The notes below the pieces were generated by a model. The model ran no database searches, was not told the origin of the DNA, and worked only from the letters and a program-made list of their open reading frames with translations. DNA of 64,000 nt, taken from Candidatus Zixiibacteriota bacterium. GTDB lineage: Bacteria > Zixibacteria > MSB-5A5 > CAIYYT01. Location of the stretch: the NCBI GenBank assembly GCA_020853795.1, contig JADYYF010000088.1:12820-76819 (forward strand), read 5' to 3'. Within the stretch, counting starts at the first letter, position 1. Each line of letters starts with the position of its first letter. Positions 61,857 to 64,000 of the stretch are shown piece by piece. The position numbers and the translations under genes were made by a program.

Positions 61857-64000
61857 TTACTTGCAGTTGGCGCACGGAGCCTGGCCACCGGCGAAGATGT
61901 AATTGATCAGATAGACAGCGTCCGAGATCGAGACGGCGTGGCTGCAGTCGGCATCGCCGGCCAGCACAGGGTTGGGCGGCGGACCGCCGGCAAAAATGTA
62001 ATTGATCAGATAGACGGCGTCGGAGATCGAGATGGCCTGGCTGCCGTCGGCATCTCCGCACACATACTCGGGACAGCCCACTTGATCGGGCGAGACGTAC
62101 TGGCAATTAAAAAACAGCGCCTTGTCGATGACCGCCTTGAGAGTCGTAGTCGTGCCGTTAAGTTGGCCGGCGAGGATGAAGACCAAGCTGAGAGTGTCAC
62201 TCGGACCGACGAGGCTCTCATGAATACCGCCGACGACGATACTGTTAAGATCACCCGGCAGCGGTGTCGACTCGAATTTGGTGACGCCGTTCATCTTGTT
62301 CCAGACGCTGTCGACCTGATACACGCGCAGCGGGACGACATACTTGCTGTCTTCCCAAACGAAACCGCCGGGAGCCGGATTGCCGTCGACGCGCAGTACT
62401 GCCAATCCGGCAAGACGATTGGAATTGGGCGGAGTGGCGGTTCCCTGCTGGTAAACCATCTGGTGGCTGTCAAAGCCGCCGCCAAGATTATCGAAGCCAT
62501 TGTCGGACGGAAGATCCCAGTCGGCGGCGAAACCGACGGTGAGGTCCTCGATCCGGCCGGCCGCGTTATGCGGCCCGAGATAGAAGTCGAAACGCGCCAG
62601 CAGGAACTCGGAATTGCCGGCGTCCTTGGCGGCATAATAGCGCACATTGAAACCAATCGTCGAGTCGCGGTTGACGCCCTTGCCGAAGGCGCGCCGGTAA
62701 GCCGGCGACCCGGTGGAATCGACAGTGAGCGCCGAGACGGCATAGAGGGAGCCATAGGGGTTGGCGGCAGTCGGCATGCCGCCGCCATGGCCATAGATCA
62801 GCCAACTCAGGGAATTGCGCGAGGTGCCGAGGATCAGAGAGGCGTCGCGCAGATAGCTCAGTCCGCCACCGCTAAAGAAAGTAAACTGATTGCCGGTGGA
62901 GTAGCAGCCGATGCGGCCGGCCTGATTGACGGCAGTACGCACCACGGCTGTGCGCAACGCAAAGTTCTGGGGCTGGAAAAAGGTCGCAAAGTTGTAAAGG
63001 TCAAAGGGGATTTGTTCGGTGATCTCGCTGTCACCGTCGCTGTAAGTGAAAGCTACAGTTGCCTGGTAAAAGCCCTCGACGATCGGCCCCGTCAGACGGA
63101 TTTCCAGCGTATCGAAATTGATGCAGCCGACAGAGACCGCGCCGTTGGGAGGATGATTCGGGAAAACCAGCCAATTGGCTCCCTGCTGGAAAGTGATGCC
63201 CCGCGTGTAATTCGCGACGGCGTTGCCGGTATTGGTCAGCACCAGAAATGTATCCAGCTGTTGTCCCGGGGCGGTGTGGAGCGGATAGCGAAATTCGGTC
63301 GGTTCAACGACGAGGTGGCTGTAAGATTCTGTCGCAAAGCAAGGATGGCTGAGGTTCATAACATCATTGAGCGTCCATGTTCCTTCGGAATAGGCGACTG
63401 CGCCCGGATCCTTGTCGAGAATGTACTGCAATCGCAACGAATCGGTGACATAGGGGGCGGCAGATGACCAGTGTTCGGAGAGGCAGGAGCCGGCAGCGCA
63501 ATTGTTGGACGCTGTAATGGTGAGGTTCACGGGCGGTCCCCAGGAGGCGCCGCCATTTTGTGAGACCTGGGCAAAGAGCTCACCGTTGGCAAAACCGGCC
63601 TGAGAACAGTCATGGTGGGGCGGAACGCTCTCGTCGTCACCGAGGAAGTAAGTGTAGGTCGCATAGAGCCGGGGCATGCCGCTGACGATGCACTCGCTTA
63701 AAGCCATCTTGGAGACGTTTTTGTTCCAAATGCCGCGCTTGCAGGCGGGTTCATCGTTATCCGCGGCGAGCACCAAAGTTCGACACTGGCTGCAGTCACT
63801 CCAATGATAGAGGCGCGCGCCCTGGTTGCCCACTTGAGCCGTGGCGGAGTCGAAGAAGGAAGTTGTCCAGACGATCTGCAGGCAGCCATCGGAGGTATAG
63901 AGCGCGTTGAGATCGGTATAGGCCCGTTCGTCATCGGCACCGGTGTAGTTGGTGATGTTGACGGCAGCCGACCAGTTCGTGCCGAGGTTGGTCGAGTACT
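61857..64000 (-). CDS. secreted Cys-rich protein with a C-terminal dockerin-like tandem module; N-terminus lies beyond the window
   Basis: Reading the minus strand upstream of the listed GTG start shows an open frame to the window edge (…YTSDGCLQIVWTTSFFDSATAQVGNQGARLYHW…). C-terminal GDADGSQAISISDAVYLINYIFAGGPPP...GDADCSHAVSISDAVYLINYIFAGGQAPCANCK. Confidence 0.55.
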   Translation of the reverse strand, partial: YSTNLGTNWSAAVNITNYTGADDERAYTDLNALYTSDGCLQIVWTTSFFDSATAQVGNQGARLYHWSDCSQCRTLVLAADNDEPACKRGIWNKNVSKMALSECIVSGMPRLYATYTYFLGDDESVPPHHDCSQAGFANGELFAQVSQNGGASWGPPVNLTITASNNCAAGSCLSEHWSSAAPYVTDSLRLQYILDKDPGAVAYSEGTWTLNDVMNLSHPCFATESYSHLVVEPTEFRYPLHTAPGQQLDTFLVLTNTGNAVANYTRGITFQQGANWLVFPNHPPNGAVSVGCINFDTLEIRLTGPIVEGFYQATVAFTYSDGDSEITEQIPFDLYNFATFFQPQNFALRTAVVRTAVNQAGRIGCYSTGNQFTFFSGGGLSYLRDASLILGTSRNSLSWLIYGHGGGMPTAANPYGSLYAVSALTVDSTGSPAYRRAFGKGVNRDSTIGFNVRYYAAKDAGNSEFLLARFDFYLGPHNAAGRIEDLTVGFAADWDLPSDNGFDNLGGGFDSHQMVYQQGTATPPNSNRLAGLAVLRVDGNPAPGGFVWEDSKYVVPLRVYQVDSVWNKMNGVTKFESTPLPGDLNSIVVGGIHESLVGPSDTLSLVFILAGQLNGTTTTLKAVIDKALFFNCQYVSPDQVGCPEYVCGDADGSQAISISDAVYLINYIFAGGPPPNPVLAGDADCSHAVSISDAVYLINYIFAGGQAPCANCK

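Noticed and set aside
1-64000. CRISPR arrays, tRNA/rRNA genes and IS or integrase genes
   Set aside because: No regularly spaced direct repeats, no tRNA-like cloverleaf candidates in intergenic gaps, and no transposase or integrase motifs were seen on reading the sequence.

Overview
This is a high-GC (roughly 58-60%) bacterial chromosomal segment, and nearly all convincing genes are on the minus strand. Most long plus-strand ORFs in the track are GC-driven antisense artefacts of real minus-strand genes.

The window has three parts.

(1) About 0.1-22 kb is the distal half of a Bacillus/spirochaete-style flagellar mega-operon. Reading in the transcription direction, it runs from a MotE/FlbB-like gene through fliK, flgD, a flagellar operon protein, flgE, flbD, fliL, fliM, fliN, fliO, fliP, fliQ, fliR, flhB, flhA, flhF and flhG to fliA. 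A textbook sigma-54 (-24/-12) promoter sits at its head. Downstream of fliA there is a c-di-GMP/PilZ module, namely a YcgR-like protein with PilZN plus PilZ domains and a single-domain PilZ protein. The same stretch holds a DUF2225-like zinc-ribbon protein, small unknown proteins and a histidine kinase / CheY-like receiver pair.

(2) About 22-38 kb is housekeeping: rpsA, plsC, cmk, rluB, scpA, scpB, trpS, an HNH endonuclease, efp (arginine-type), an RNase H, an eIF-2B-like protein, a GAF membrane sensor, a GNAT acetyltransferase and a metallophosphoesterase. Clear rho-independent terminators are visible here.

(3) About 38-64 kb looks like an accessory island of secreted and surface proteins.
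- Two proteins carry type IX secretion (T9SS) C-terminal sorting domains: an M6/InhA-like metalloprotease and a 1224-aa beta-helix/PKD protein.
- Four proteins carry dockerin-like tandem Ca-binding modules.
- A lipoprotein with a cohesin-like domain is encoded immediately next to the giant protein that carries both a dockerin and a T9SS domain.
- The island also holds outer-membrane beta-barrels (one with a PorP/SprF-like N-terminal motif), a tandem pair of TPR/CsgG-like lipoproteins beside a PEGA-domain Ser/Thr kinase, and a tandem pair of thermolysin-like HExxH gluzincins.
- A spermidine-synthase-fused polytopic membrane protein and a stand-alone sigma-70 region-4 mini-protein complete the island.

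The most interesting hypothesis is a non-cellulosomal cohesin-dockerin surface-display system coupled to T9SS cargo.

Flagella, T9SS and high GC together suggest an FCB-superphylum lineage, possibly a candidate phylum. This is inference only. No rRNA, tRNA, CRISPR or mobile elements were recognised. Hand-located motif coordinates may be off by 1-2 nt.
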